A stretch of DNA of 44,743 nucleotides, the filler included, from Ranitomeya imitator (taxonomy: Eukaryota): the NCBI RefSeq assembly GCF_032444005.1. It is 2 parts of 2 records of this genome, joined end to end, with 100 filler letters (N's around TTAATTAATTAA, not from the genome) between each part and the next. Parts side by side here need not be neighbours in the genome. Positions count along the whole stretch, not along the records: positions 1 to 15,493 come from NC_091291.1; 1 more part is not named here. One strand, 5' to 3'. The position numbers were made by a program, and so were the translations under genes. The first letter of the stretch is position 1, and every line of letters begins with the position of its first letter. The notes under the pieces are model-generated. The model was not told where the DNA came from, made no database searches, and was given only the letters and a program-made list of their open reading frames with translations. Shown piece by piece: positions 1-12,224 of this stretch.

Positions 1-859
1 ACAAGCCATATTGTTGGAAAAATTTAAGAAAAAGTTACGGCTCTTGGAAGAAAAAAAAATGAAGGCGCAAAAATGGAAAATCGCAAGGTGGGGAAGGGGT
101 GCATGAGTGCTGAAAACTAAACTCAGCTCTGCTGCAACTGTGTACAAAGGGGATTGGTATTTGACTTAAAATTGTCATTGACATCATTGCAATGAGCAGT
201 ATATAATTATTAGATACAATGTATATTACATGTATCCATAGAGCTGCCCACTGCCCACTGCCTGCAGCCCACTGCCCATTGCCTGCAGCTGCTCCTACCT
301 CCTCCTGTGCTTCTCGGCTGTAGTGAAGGGCAGCACCTGCAGATCTCACACATCTTATAACTGTGGATTTGGGGGAGTAACATGTCATCGTTTTACATAT
401 TAATGATGCTGATGGCATCCGCTCGACAATGCAGCCACAGGACATTTTGCAGCCACTTTATCGGGGAATCGCCTTTTAAGCAATTCCTGACTCTGGTAAA
501 AAAAAACACCTGGATATAGGATTACTTTATTCTCTAGGTTAGACTTTTTTGAGGATTTTTTTTTTTTGGGGGGGGGGGGGGGGGGAATGTTAAAACTCTT
601 CAAAAACTTTGATTTTCTGCTCAGTTTCAGCTCCAAAAACCCAGAATAATAATAAAAAAAAAGGTTCAGTGTGCACACGGCCTGACTTTGAAACCAAATG
701 GGGGAGTTTCAAAATAAAAAGTTATTTAAAAAAAAAAAAAGGAATTAGATTTTGGGGCGCATGTTGTAATTACCAGGATGGGTCCCCTAATATATGTAGG
801 TCTCATATAAGATTTGCAGGGGGCTGAGGTTGGTGTGGGGGGAAGAAGAGGCACACAAA

Positions 860-1093
860 GGCTCAGTGAATAAATAATACCGCCATGAAGTGCCCATAAA
901 ATAGCATCACATAGTAAAGTATGTGACTTTCCTACGCGTTTCAGACCCCTAAGAAATGAGTAGACGTCTGAAACGCGTAGGAACCATATACTACACTTTG
1001 GTGACCTTTAAGGATGTCGCTTTTTTAATCTTTTGGAATAAATTCATTTTTTTTCATCTTGAATCACGACTGGAGGAGTTTCTCTTTCGGATC
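860..1093 (+). mobile_element. Penelope-like element pLTR fragment
   Basis: Contains GAAACGCGTA (hammerhead-half signature typical of Penelope-like pLTRs) at about 970-979, followed by AATAAA near 1017; its inverted copy sits at 929-946. Boundaries approximate. Confidence 0.45.
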
Positions 1094-1095
1094 TA

Positions 1096-2199
1096 CGCTG
1101 TGTTCCAAATTATTATGCAAATTGGATTTAAGTGTCATAAAGATTTAATGGTTTTGTTTTTCAAATAAACTCGTGGATGGTTTTGTGTCTCAGGGCTCAA
1201 TGGATCACTGAAATCAATCTTAAACACGTGTGATAATTAGTTTTCCAGGTGATTCTAATTAAAGGAAAACTACTTAAAAATGATGTTCCACATTATTAAG
1301 CAGGCCACAGGTTTCAAGCAATATGGGAAGTAAAAAGGATCTCTCTGCTGCTGAAAAGCGTTAAATAGTCCAATGCCTTGGACCAGGTATGAAAACATTA
1401 GATATTTCACAAAAAAATTAAGAGTGATCATCATAATGTGAACAGAGCACAGACAGAGTTCATGCAGATAAAGGCATAATGAGGAAGGTTTCTGCCAGAC
1501 AAATTCATTGGATTAAGAGAGCAGCTGCCAAAATACCATTACAAAGCAGTTATTTGAAGCTGCTGGTGCCTCTGGAGTCCCTCGAGCTTCAAGGTGTAGG
1601 ATCCTTCAAAGGCTTGCTGTGGTGCATAAACCTACTATTCGGCCACCCCTAAACAGTGTTCATGAGCAGAAACGGTTGCAGTGGGCCCAGACATACATGA
1701 AGACTAATTTTCACACAGTCTTGTTTACTGATGAGTGTCGAGCAACCCTGGATGGTCCAGATGGATGGAGTAGTGGATGGTTGGTGGATGGCCACCATGT
1801 CCCAACAAGGCTCCAACGTCAGCAAGGAGGTGGAGGAGTCATCTTTTGGGCCGGAATCACGGGGAAACAGCTGGTGGGGCCCTTTAAGGTTCCTGAAGGT
1901 GTGAAAATGACGTCTGCAAGGTATGTAGAGTTTCTGACTGACAACTTTCTTCCATGGTCTAAAAAGCAGAAACCAGGAGCAAAATCATCTTCATGTATGA
2001 CAATGCCCCATCTCATGCTGCAAAGAATAGCGAGTCATTGGCTGCTATGGGCATAAAAGGAGATAAACTCATGGTGCGGCCGCCATCTTCCCCTGACCTC
2101 AGCCCTATAGAGAACCTTATTAGACTGACTGTTATTTGCACCGACCCTTTAGGAAAATCAGAGAAAAATATCATTTGCATAATAATTTGGAACATGGTG
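1096..2199 (+). mobile_element. Tc1-like DNA transposon, internally deleted and decayed
   Basis: TIRs CGCTGTGTTCCAAATTATTATGCAAAT / ATTTGCATAATAATTTGGAACATGGTG, TA on both sides (1094-1095, 2200-2201). Frameshifted transposase pieces: VLFTDECRA, FWAGI, YDNAPSH, SPDLSPIENL. Confidence 0.92.
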
Positions 2200-2699
2200 T
2201 ACGTAGTGCTGAAGGTTACAGTGGTCTTGGTAAAGGCGATCTGATTCCATTCCATTGTCTGTGACTCTTATCTGATCTGATCTGTGCCGATTCCGATTTA
2301 TGGACACAGACCACATAAAACGCCATCTGAACTGTGCGGCATGAGTTCACTGACTGATTCTCAGTTGACTCATTCTGCTGCTAAGAACAAGTAAAAGCCA
2401 AAAAGTGTAAGAATTTAAATGAACTACCAATTGCCAAAATGCATGTATTACAGAAAAAAACATTTGTCTATATTCTTTAAAGTTCCAGAATGTGCTGAAA
2501 TCTTAACTTGGAATAAACCGAAAAGTATCAACAGAACTTAAAAAAATGAGGAGTTGTGGAAACTTTCCCGAAATAGTAACTATTGGTAATTGCTGATGTG
2601 GAGTCCTACGTCCGCTGATCCTGAGCGACACACGGGAAGAACGAGAAAAACCACAAATGTAACCAGCGATCACTCATCGGATCCTCGGTTCATTGGTGG

Positions 2700-3020
2700 C
2701 TTCTAATCCCTGAAGTGTGTGCACAGGGGATTTACAAAGGTTAGAGCCATTATCATCGCTCCCGCGTGACTTCTAGAGCCGCCTCATTGGCCAATTCCAT
2801 CTTACCCGGCTTCACGCTTTTGCTTACGGCCAACCGCAGGTCGCGGATGTGTTTGACCGGTCGTCCCTCATGCGTACCTTCCAAAAATTGGGGCTTAAAT
2901 TGAGGGACACCACTGATCTCCATGTGATGACTCTTCATCATACGGAAGTAGGCATCAACTTTTTGAGATGACCCCTTCATGGAATGACTTGGGGGTAAAA
3001 GTTGAGAAACTTTGCAAGTA
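2700..3020 (-). mobile_element. Possible heavily decayed hAT transposase fragment
   Basis: Minus-strand pieces KLLAKFLNFYPQVIP*RGHLKKLM and IRDLRLAVSKSV loosely resemble the region before the first catalytic Asp of anuran hAT transposases. Weak, by-eye similarity only. Confidence 0.3.
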
Positions 3021-3025
3021 ACTTA

Positions 3026-3414
3026 GGGTATGTGCACACGTTGCGGATTCTCTGCGGATCCGCAGCGTTTTTTGAGGTGCAGAAACGCTGCAGATCCGCA
3101 ATTGATTTAAAGTACAATGTAAATCAATGACAACAAAAAAAACATTGCGCAGATGGTGCGGAAAATTCCATGCGGAAACGCTGCGAATTAAAAGTAGCAT
3201 GTCACTTTTTTTTGTGGATCTGCAGCGTTTTTGCACCCATTCCATTATAGAAATCTGCAGGGGTAAAAAAGGCTGAAAATCTGCCAAAAATCACACCAAA
3301 AATGCTGCGGATCCGCACAAAAAACGCGACAAGTCCGCAGCTACGTTTTCTGCCAGGAGAGGCAGAATCCGCACCAGAAATTCCTAAGCCTAATCCGCAA
3401 AGTGTGCACATAGC
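3026..3414. mobile_element. MITE (GGCTATGTGCACAC-type TIR)
   Basis: Begins GGGTATGTGCACAC after TTA and ends GTGTGCACATAGC; interior rich in TGCGGA/TCCGCA. Same family as 23947-24347 and 30708-31054. Confidence 0.8.
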
Positions 3415-3524
3415 AGAATGCATCCAATCTGGGTCACTTGGACAATGGAACACTGCAAATTTTTTGGAGGATTGGGAGGATGGGCAAAAGAAAAAAAACA
3501 TATGGAAATGTAGATGGATTCAAG

Positions 3525-6118
3525 CACTGGGCCCCAGGGCAAATTTTGGACCCAACATGTTGCACGTGAGCCACGGTGGAGCGCTAGGGCAACTTTTGGA
3601 CCCGACAAGTTGCACGTAAGCCACGATGGAGCGCTAGGCAACTTTTGGACCCGGCAAGTTGCATGTGAGCCACGATGGAGCGCTAGGCAACTTTTGGACC
3701 CGATATGTTGCATGTGAGCCACGGTGGAGCACTAGGGCAAATTTTGGACCCAACATGTTGCACGTGAGCCACGATGGAGCGCTAGGGCAACTTTTGGACC
3801 CGATATGTTGCACGTGAGCTACGGTGGAGCACTAGGGCAAATTTTGGACCTGACATGTTGCACGTGAGCCACGGTGGAGCGCTAGGGCAAATTTTGGACC
3901 CAACATGTTGCACATGAGCCTCACTGGAGCGCTAGGGCAATTTTTCGACCCAACATGTTGAACGTGAGCCACGATGGAGCACTAGGGCAACTTTTGGACC
4001 TGGCCTGTTTCACGTAAGCCTTGGTGGAGCGCTAGGGCAACTTTTGGACCCAAATGTTGCACGTGAGCCACAGTGGAGGGCTAAAGCAACTTTGGACCCG
4101 ACATGTTGCACGTGAGCCACGGTGGAGGGCTAGGGCAACTTTTGGACCTGACATGTTTCACGTGAGCCACGGTGGAGCGCTAGGGCAACTTTTGGACCCT
4201 ACATGTTGCACGTGAGCCACAGTGGAGCGCTAGGGCAACTTTTGGACCTGACTTGTTGCATGTGAGCCTCAGTGGTGTGCTAGGGCAACTGTTGGACCCG
4301 ACGCTACATGTGAGCCACAGTGGAGCGCTAGGGAAACATTTGGACCTGAGCTCTTGCATGTGAGCCACACAGTGGAGCACTAGGGCAACTTTTGGACATG
4401 ATGTTGCATGTGACCCACAGTGGAGCGCAAGGCAACTTTTGGACCTGACAAGTTGCACGTGAGTCACAGTGGAGCGCTAGGGGAACTTTTGGACCCGACA
4501 AGTTGCATGTCACCCACAGTGGAGTACTAGGGCAAATTTTGGACCTGACATGTTGCGTGTGAGCCACGGTGGAGTGCTAGGGCATCTTTTGGACCCGACG
4601 TGTTGCGCGTGAGCCACAGTGGAGCGCTAGGGCAAGTTTTGGACCTGATGTTGCATGTGAGCCTCAGTGGTGTGCTAAGGTAACTTTTGGACCCGATGCT
4701 ACATGTGAGCCACAGTGGAGCGCTACAGAAACATTTGGACCTGACCTGTTGCATGTGAGCCACACAGTGGAGCACTAGGGCAACTTTTGGACCTGACATG
4801 TTGCACGTGAGCCACGGTGGAGCGCTAGAGCAATTTTTGAACCCTACATGTTGCGTGTGAGCCACGGTGGAGCGCTAGGGCATCTTTTGGACCCAACATG
4901 TTGCACATGAGCCTCACTGGAGCGCTAGGGCAATTTTTCGACCCAACATGTTGAATGTGAGCCACGATGGAGCACTAGGGCAACTTTTGGACCTGGCCTG
5001 TTTCACGTAAGCCTTGGTGGAGCGCTAGGGCAACTTTTGGACCCAAATGTTGCACGTGAGCCACAGTGGAGGGCTAAAGCAACTTTGGACCCGACATGTT
5101 GCACGTGAGCCACGGTGGAGGGCTAGGGCAACTTTTGGACCTGACATGTTTCACGTGAGCCACGGTGGAGCGCTAGGGCAACTTTTGGACCCTACATGTT
5201 GCACGTGAGCCACAGTGGAGCGCTAGGGCAACTTTTGGACCTGACTTGTTGCATGTGAGCCTCAGTGGTGTGCTAGGGCAACTGTTGGACCCGACGCTAC
5301 ATGTGAGCCACAGTGGAGCGCTAGGGAAACATTTGGACCTGAGCTCTTGCATGTGAGCCACACAGTGGAGCACTAGGGCAACTTTTGGACATGATGTTGC
5401 ATGTGACCCACAGTGGAGCGCAAGGCAACTTTTGGACCTGACAAGTTGCACGTGAGTCACAGTGGAGCGCTATGGGAACTTTTGGACCCGACAAGTTGCA
5501 CGTCACCCACAGTGGAGTACTAGGGCAAATTTTGGACCTGACATGTTGCACGTGAGCCACGGTGGAGCGCTAGGGCAATTTTTGAACCCTACATGTTGCG
5601 TGTGAGCCACGGTGGAGTGCTAGGGCATCTTTTGGACCCGACGTGTTGCGCGTGAGCCACAGTGGAGCGCTAGGGCAAGTTTTGGACCTGATGTTGCATG
5701 TGAGCCTCAGTGGTGTGCTAGGGTAACTTTTGGACCCGATGCTACATGTGAGCCACAGTGGAGCGCTACAGAAACATTTGGACCTGACCTGTTGCATGTG
5801 AGCCACACAGTGGAGCACTAGGGCAACTTTTGGACCTAACATGTTGCACGTGAGCCACGGTGGAGCGCTAGGGCAATTTTTCAACCCTACATGTTGCGTG
5901 TGAGCCACGGTGGAGCGCTAGGGCATCTTTTGGACCCGACGTGTTGCGCGTGAGCCACGGTGGAGCGCTAGGGCAACTTTTGGACCTGACATGCTGCATG
6001 TGAGCCACAGTGGAGCGCCAGGGCAACTTTTGGACCCGACATGTTGCACGTGAGACACAGTGGAGTGCTAGGACAACTTTTGGACCTGACAAGTTGCACA
6101 AAATCCAGTGGAGCGCCT
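3525..6118. repeat. Tandem satellite, 49-50 bp monomer, about 52 copies, with higher-order structure
   Basis: Consensus GGAGCGCTAGGGCAACTTTTGGACCCGACATGTTGCACGTGAGCCACGGT. Diagnostic variants recur at offsets of 395, 993 and 1043 bp. Confidence 0.97.
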
Positions 6119-7124
6119 GGGTTTGCAACTATTTTGTAACCACCTACTTACCACCCGGCGGCTCTTCCTTTCAGAATCTTGACCCGATGTCGCGTGCACC
6201 ATTTCGCAACAATGACCTTTCGCCAAGTGTAAGGCACCAGGGACTTCGGCACATATTGGCCGGTTCACAGGGCTCCAGTATGGCGGCCGTGGACTACTGA
6301 GTTGCCCGTTGCACCATTTGTTTTTCTCTATTGGCCACTCGACCCAACCAGGAAGCCGAGATCTTTGGTGCTGTAGGTCCTATCCTCTTCCACATGAACT
6401 CTTCACATGACCTCTAGATCCTACATTTCTTGCATGAAAAAAGGTTTTCAAGTTTCAAAAAAATATTGGGCCCCCAAACTACTGCACATTTGCAAACATA
6501 AACTAAGATAGTACCCATGCTTCCTCGTTCCGTGCGTTTTCACTGCACCAGTGACATCATGACAAAAGTGAACATCACCGCTGCAGCCAATCACTGAGAA
6601 AGCATGATCTGCAGTGATTGAGCATTCCGCTTTGTGATTGATTGGGGACAGAATGGAACAAGAGAAAAACCAGCGCCGGATGCAGGAGAGCGGCGGCTTA
6701 TAATGGAGGAAATATTACATGTTTATAGCTAGTGACACTTATTAATTCTGCATGTCGACCAAATGCCAAAACACGGCTGCGTTATCACCTTGTGAATGGA
6801 AAAATATCTCCTCCGCTTCTACTTGTGTTCCTATACGGGGTTTAATAGGAGAGAGTTTACAATGTGGAGAATAACGAGTTATATAAATGACGGGTACATT
6901 TCACGGAGGAAGATCCTGGGAGAAATCAGAAGCATCCGAGCCCTCTGGCTGCCCTAACCGCCCGTCTCCAAAATCCACGGAGCATAGCGGATGCTGTCAT
7001 ATGCTTTATGGAGCACGGAGAAAGCTGTCCGGGTGCCAGAGGTGCATCTCCAGAGCGGAAAAAACAAACCGTACCCCAACCCCATGACGTATTTAATCCA
7101 CCAAGGGAACACTAAAAATAACAC

Positions 7125-9035
7125 TGCCCATCTATACAAATATATATTATAATAGTGCCCATATGCACAAGATGATACGGTAAATACTATAATACTGCCC
7201 CACGTAGAAGAATATAACTACTATAATACTGCCCCGATGTACAATAATATTACTATAATACTGCTCCTGTGTACAAGAATATAACTACTATAATACATAG
7301 TAACATAGTAACATAGTAACATAGTTAGTAAGGCCGAAAAAAGACATTTGTCCATCCAGTTCAGCCTATATTCCATCATAATAAATACCCAGATCTACGT
7401 CCTTCTACAGAACCTAATAATTGTATGATACAATATTGTTCTGCTCCAGGAAGACATCCAGGCCTCTCTTGAACCCCTCGACTGAGTTCGCCATCACCAC
7501 CTCTTCAGGCAAGCAATTCCAGATTCTCACCGCCCTAACAGTAAAGAATCCTCTTCTATGTTGGTGGAAAAACCTTCTCTCCTCCAGACGCAAAGAATGC
7601 CCCCTTGTGCCCGTCACCTTCCTTGGTATAAACAGATCCTCAGCGAGATATTTGTATTGTCCCCTTATATACTTATACATGGTTATTAGATCGCCCCTCA
7701 GTCGTCTTTTTTCTAGACTAAATAATCCTAATTTCGCTAATCTATCTGGGTAATACTGCTCCTATGTACAAGAATATAACTACTATAATACTGCTCCTAT
7801 GTACAAGAATATAACTACTATAATACTGTCTCCTATGTACAAGAATATAACTACTATAATACTGCTCCTATGTACAAGAATATAACTTCTATAATACTGC
7901 TCCTATGTACAAGAATATACCTACTATAATACTGCCCCCTATGTACAAGAATATAACTTCTATAATACTGCTCCTATGTACAAGAATATACCTACTATAA
8001 TACTGCCCCTATGTACAAGAATATAACTTCTATAATACTGCTCCTATGTACAAGAATATACCTACTATAATACTGCCCCCTATGTACAAGAATATAACTA
8101 CTATAATACTGTCTCCTATGCACAAGAATATAACTACTATAATACTGCTCCTGTGTACAAGAATATAACTACTATAATACTACCCCTATGTACAAGAATA
8201 TAACTACTATAATACTACCCCTATGTACAAGAATATAACTACTATAATACTGCTCCCTATGTACAAGAATATAACTACTATAATACTGCTCCCTATGTAC
8301 AAGAATATAACTACTATAATACTGATCCTATGTACAAGAATATAACTACTATAATACTGACCCTATGTACAAGAATATAACTACTATAATACTGCTCCTA
8401 TGCACAAGAATATAACTACTATAATACTGCCCCTATGCACAAGAATATAACTTCTATAATACTGCCCCTATGTACAAGAATATAACTACTATAATACTGC
8501 CCCTATGTACAAGAATATAACTACTATAATACTGCTCCTATGTACAAGAATATAACTACTATAATACTGCCCCTATGTACAAGAATATAACTACTATAAT
8601 ATTGCTCCTATGTACAAGAATATAACTACTATAATACTGCCCCTATGTACAAGAATATAACTACTATAATACTGCTCCTATGTACAAGAATATAACTACT
8701 ATAATACTGTCTCCTATGCACAAGAATATAACTACTATAATACTGCTCCTATGCACAAGAATATAACTACTATAATACTGCTCCTGTGTACAAGAATATA
8801 ACTACTATAATACTGTCCCTATGTACAAGAATATAACTACTATAATACTGCTCCTATGTACAAGAATATAACTACTATAATACTGCCCCTATGTACAAGA
8901 ATATAACTACTATAATACTGCCCCTATGTACAAGAATATAACTACTATAATACTGATCCTATGTACAAGAATATAACTACTATAATACTGCTCCTATATA
9001 CAAGAATATAACTACTATAATACTGCTCCTATGTA
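7125..9035. repeat. AT-rich minisatellite, 35-36 bp unit, interrupted by CR1
   Basis: Unit TATGTACAAGAATATAACTACTATAATACTGC(T/C)CC; about 36 copies right of the CR1 and about 5 more degenerate copies left of it. Confidence 0.97.
7297..7750 (-). mobile_element. 5'-truncated CR1 LINE (3' end of ORF2 plus 3' UTR)
   Basis: ORF 7680-7414 YKYIRG...TRGHSLRLEERRF...FFTVRAVRIWNCLPEEVV...FKRGLDVFL is the typical CR1 ORF2 C-terminus. Octamer tail (CATAGTAA)n on plus. TAATAC target-site duplication at 7291-7296 and 7751-7756. Confidence 0.95.
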
Positions 9036-9830
9036 CACGATTGTTTCTCCCAATGAATGAATATACGTCTGTGTGTTCCCATTGTCCATGTTGGGGTTAC
9101 GTTCATGCACATTGTAGACTAGTCATCTGTAATAAGACCTGGTGGCGTTCTTCCATCACATTGCAGGGTGTGTACAGTATTGCAGCATTTTATTTTTTAT
9201 TGCAGCAAAAAAAAAAAAAAAGAATGTTAAGAATTTCACAAAATATAAAAGAAATGAACAGAGCAGGTCGGCTCCTCCAACATGACATATCACACGTCTG
9301 TTTACATATATACTGCATATGACTTTTTTAAATCTTAGCGGTCAGATCCCCTTTAATACGGACCGTGCAATCCTTCTGATGCAAGTGCTATTGTCACTAA
9401 CTCACTAGAATAATGTTTTACTATGTACATTGCTGGAAAAAAAAAATGCATTCACAATGGAAACCATCAACAAGTTGCAGGTGACAGATCTGATAGTTTT
9501 ACAAGTCTCAACTTAGCACTCTGAGTGCCCACGGGTGCAATTTCAGATTTTACGGTCGTTCAGAGACAAATTCAGCTTTACACTCGGCAGTCACGGCTAA
9601 AATTAAAGGACACGCATTACTAAGATCAGCCGACCTGCTTGTTGATGGTTTCCTTTTAGTCACACAACTTTCCGCACAGAATTGAAACAAAAAAATATAT
9701 ATATTTAAAAAAAAAATAAAAATCTTAAAACTTCTACATGCAACTCTTGACGGGGGATCGATCTGTCCCACAAATATTTTCGACCATAAGTTGCATTCAG
9801 TTCTTTGGTGATAGCCTAGAAGTATTTTTT

Positions 9831-9836
9831 TTTATT
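9831..9836 (-). promoter_or_regulatory. Candidate CTU1 polyadenylation signal AATAAA
   Basis: TTTATT on plus, about 165 nt downstream of the CTU1 stop codon. Confidence 0.5.
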
Positions 9837-10000
9837 AATGTGCTTGTGACTTCTTAAAGGGACGGTCGAAGACAAGAATGACTGCACCTCTTCCCCTGCA
9901 AAAATAAACAAAAAACAGCGCCACACCTGTCCGCAGGTCAGTCCGGGTATTGCAGCACAGCCCCGTAATATAATATGGCGTTGGGAGGGGTCTCTAGTGC

Positions 10001-10530
10001 TCAGAAGTCCACGACTTTCAGCTTTCGGGTCTCCGCTTCGCTCAGTGGTTCCTGCGCCAGGAGTTTGTGGTGCAGTTTGTGGTGTTTCCCGATCCCCAGT
10101 TTGGGGAGCCCCCGGTTGAGACCCTCCAGGAGGACGCACGCCTTGCAGAGTCCCTGGCTGGAGATGTAGCCGCAGCGCGTGCAGGTTCCCTGGACCGGCA
10201 TCCGCACGTCTTCCCTCACCGACAGGTTTTCCCCGGAGTGGATGATGTCCATGATGGCGCTGGGCCGTAAAGCCTCCAGCTCCTTCAGGAAGGCGCGGGC
10301 GTGGCCCCGGTAGGCGTTCGGGGAGTAGATGCATTCGGTGGAAAAGTAGTCCAGCTTTTTGAAGTAGGCGTACAGCACGATCTCCTTCTCGTAGGCGTAC
10401 TTCAGGGGCTTGCAGCGCGGGATGGCGCCTTCGCTGCCCGTGGTGATGGCTGTGCAGCGCCGCAAGCGAGCAATGTCCCCTCGAAGAAAATTCATCAGGA
10501 CGGTTTCCGCTATGTCGTCTGCGTTATGAC
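10001..10530 (-). CDS. CTU1: Cytoplasmic tRNA 2-thiolation protein 1, last coding exon
   Basis: Acceptor ...TTTTTACTCCCAG at 10531, phase 1. Encodes (G)[18 protein letters not shown]...[43 protein letters not shown]...[33 protein letters not shown]...DF; TGA at 10003-10001. Confidence 0.98.
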
Positions 10531-10554
10531 CTGGGAGTAAAAAATGGCAGGAGT

Positions 10555-11990
10555 AGTAAGTCTGTGTAGTGTGGAGAGGCAGTCTATTGTACTGCATGGT
10601 CGCAGGAAGCCCTGTCTGCCCTACATCTCTCACTCTATCACTTGCTTTGCAATCTCATTTTTATGTTATTTGTGCAAGTAACACCTTTAACAAGTCTGTG
10701 TAGTATGTAGAGGCGGTCTACTGTACAGCAGATGTCACCCTGAGCGGAGAGAAGGGTCATATAACATGTATGTGTAGCGTGTAGAGGCAGTCTACCGTAC
10801 AGTACATCACTCTAAGAGGATATAAGGGTCATAAAACAAGTCTGTGTGCCATGTAGAGGCAGTCTACTGTACAGCAGATGTCACCCTGAGCGGAGAGAAG
10901 GGTCGTATAACATGTATGTGTAGCGTGTAGAGGCAGTCTACCGTACAGCACATCACTCTAAGAGGATATAAGGGTCATAAAACAAGTCTGTGTGCCATGT
11001 AGAGACAGTCTACTGTACAGCAGATAATTTATAGGTATCTGGTTACAGGAAGCGTGCTCTAAAATGTTTACTCCAAAGATATTTAAGGGCAATAAAACAA
11101 GTCTGTATCACGTTATTGTGCAGCAGACAGAGTTTCCTACATCCAAGGCATCCGGATTAAAGACCTAAAAACAAGTCTGTGCAGTATACAGAGCCAGTCT
11201 AGTGTACAGCATATAGCAGCTTCTTGTACCTAGATACATATACTTAAATGGAAATTATCCAGAAAGGATGTTAAGGGACATAAAAACAAGTCTGTGCAGC
11301 ATGTCGAGGCAGTGTGCTGTATAGCTGATAGAGCTTACTACTACCGAGCACACAAACAGCTGTACAGTACACTGCCTCTCCATGCTGCACAGACTTGTTT
11401 TACATCCCTTAATATCCTTTCTGGATTACTACCATTTACCTTAAATTTATGTATCTAGTTACGAGCAGCTTTTATCTGCTGCACAGTAGACTGCTTCTAT
11501 GTTACACAGATTTTTATTTTTTTGCCCCTTAATAAGGTATATATTTTTTTAAACTAACGTTTCATTAGAAATATCTGGTTACAGTCATCTATTTGCTGTA
11601 CAGTAGACTGTCCCTTTATATATCTTAACCTTTCAGGGTGACTACTGCTTGAGTATGTGTGCTTGGAAGTAAGATGCTGAAACTTAAAAAAAAATAAAAA
11701 AATAAACAAAAACATCTAACATACAGAGGCAGTCTACTGTACAGCTTTCTGTTACCAGATACATACACGCAAATAGTAGTCACCCATAAACAATATTGAG
11801 CCACACTAGCAAGATAAAAGTAGTCTGTCTTACATGTAGAGGAAGTCCACTGTACAGCAGAAAAAGCCTCGCCAAACTGGATACACATATTACATTTGTA
11901 AACACCGATAAAGAATGGTAAGGAATATGAATCAAGTCTGTGTAGCATGGGGAGGCAGTATACTGTGCAGCAGATAAGAGATTTCGGTAA
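10555..11990. repeat. Degenerate 73-bp tandem and dispersed repeat with inverted copies (CTU1 intron)
   Basis: Core AACAAGTCTGTGTAGCATGTAGAGGCAGTCTACTGTACAGC; direct copies near 10558, 10690, 10763, 10836, 10909, 10982, 11170, 11286, 11720, 11835, 11932; inverted copies near 11358, 11478, 11595. Confidence 0.85.
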
Positions 11991-12224
11991 CCAGGCAGAT
12001 ATACTCAAATAATAGTCACCCTGAAAGGGCATTAAAGGGAATGTGTCATCAGAATAGGGCGCACTGGATAAATCAGATTATTGTGTTACATGTAAATTTT
12101 AAAAAAAAATCTGCAGTTTTCGCACCGACCACTGGGGCTATTTTAGACTCATAATTCCTGGAAGAGTTTTCGTCAGTCTCTTTATCAGCAGAGTCAGGAT
12201 TGCCATGACTAAAAACACTTCTAC

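Noticed and set aside
556-585. T12 followed by G18 as a G-quadruplex element
   Set aside because: Simple homopolymers with no supporting context; lengths unreliable.
3390-6128. Multiple Cys/His-rich ORFs
   Set aside because: Translations of the 50-bp satellite; duplicated ORFs simply follow the 993-bp period.
9816-10540. Alternative-frame and antisense ORFs over the CTU1 last exon
   Set aside because: By-products of GC-rich coding sequence; no recognisable protein.
10690-11020. CRISPR-like repeat-spacer look (about 41-nt repeat plus about 32-nt spacer)
   Set aside because: Spacers are homologous and alternate with a 146-bp period; eukaryotic intron; no cas genes. It is a diverged tandem repeat.
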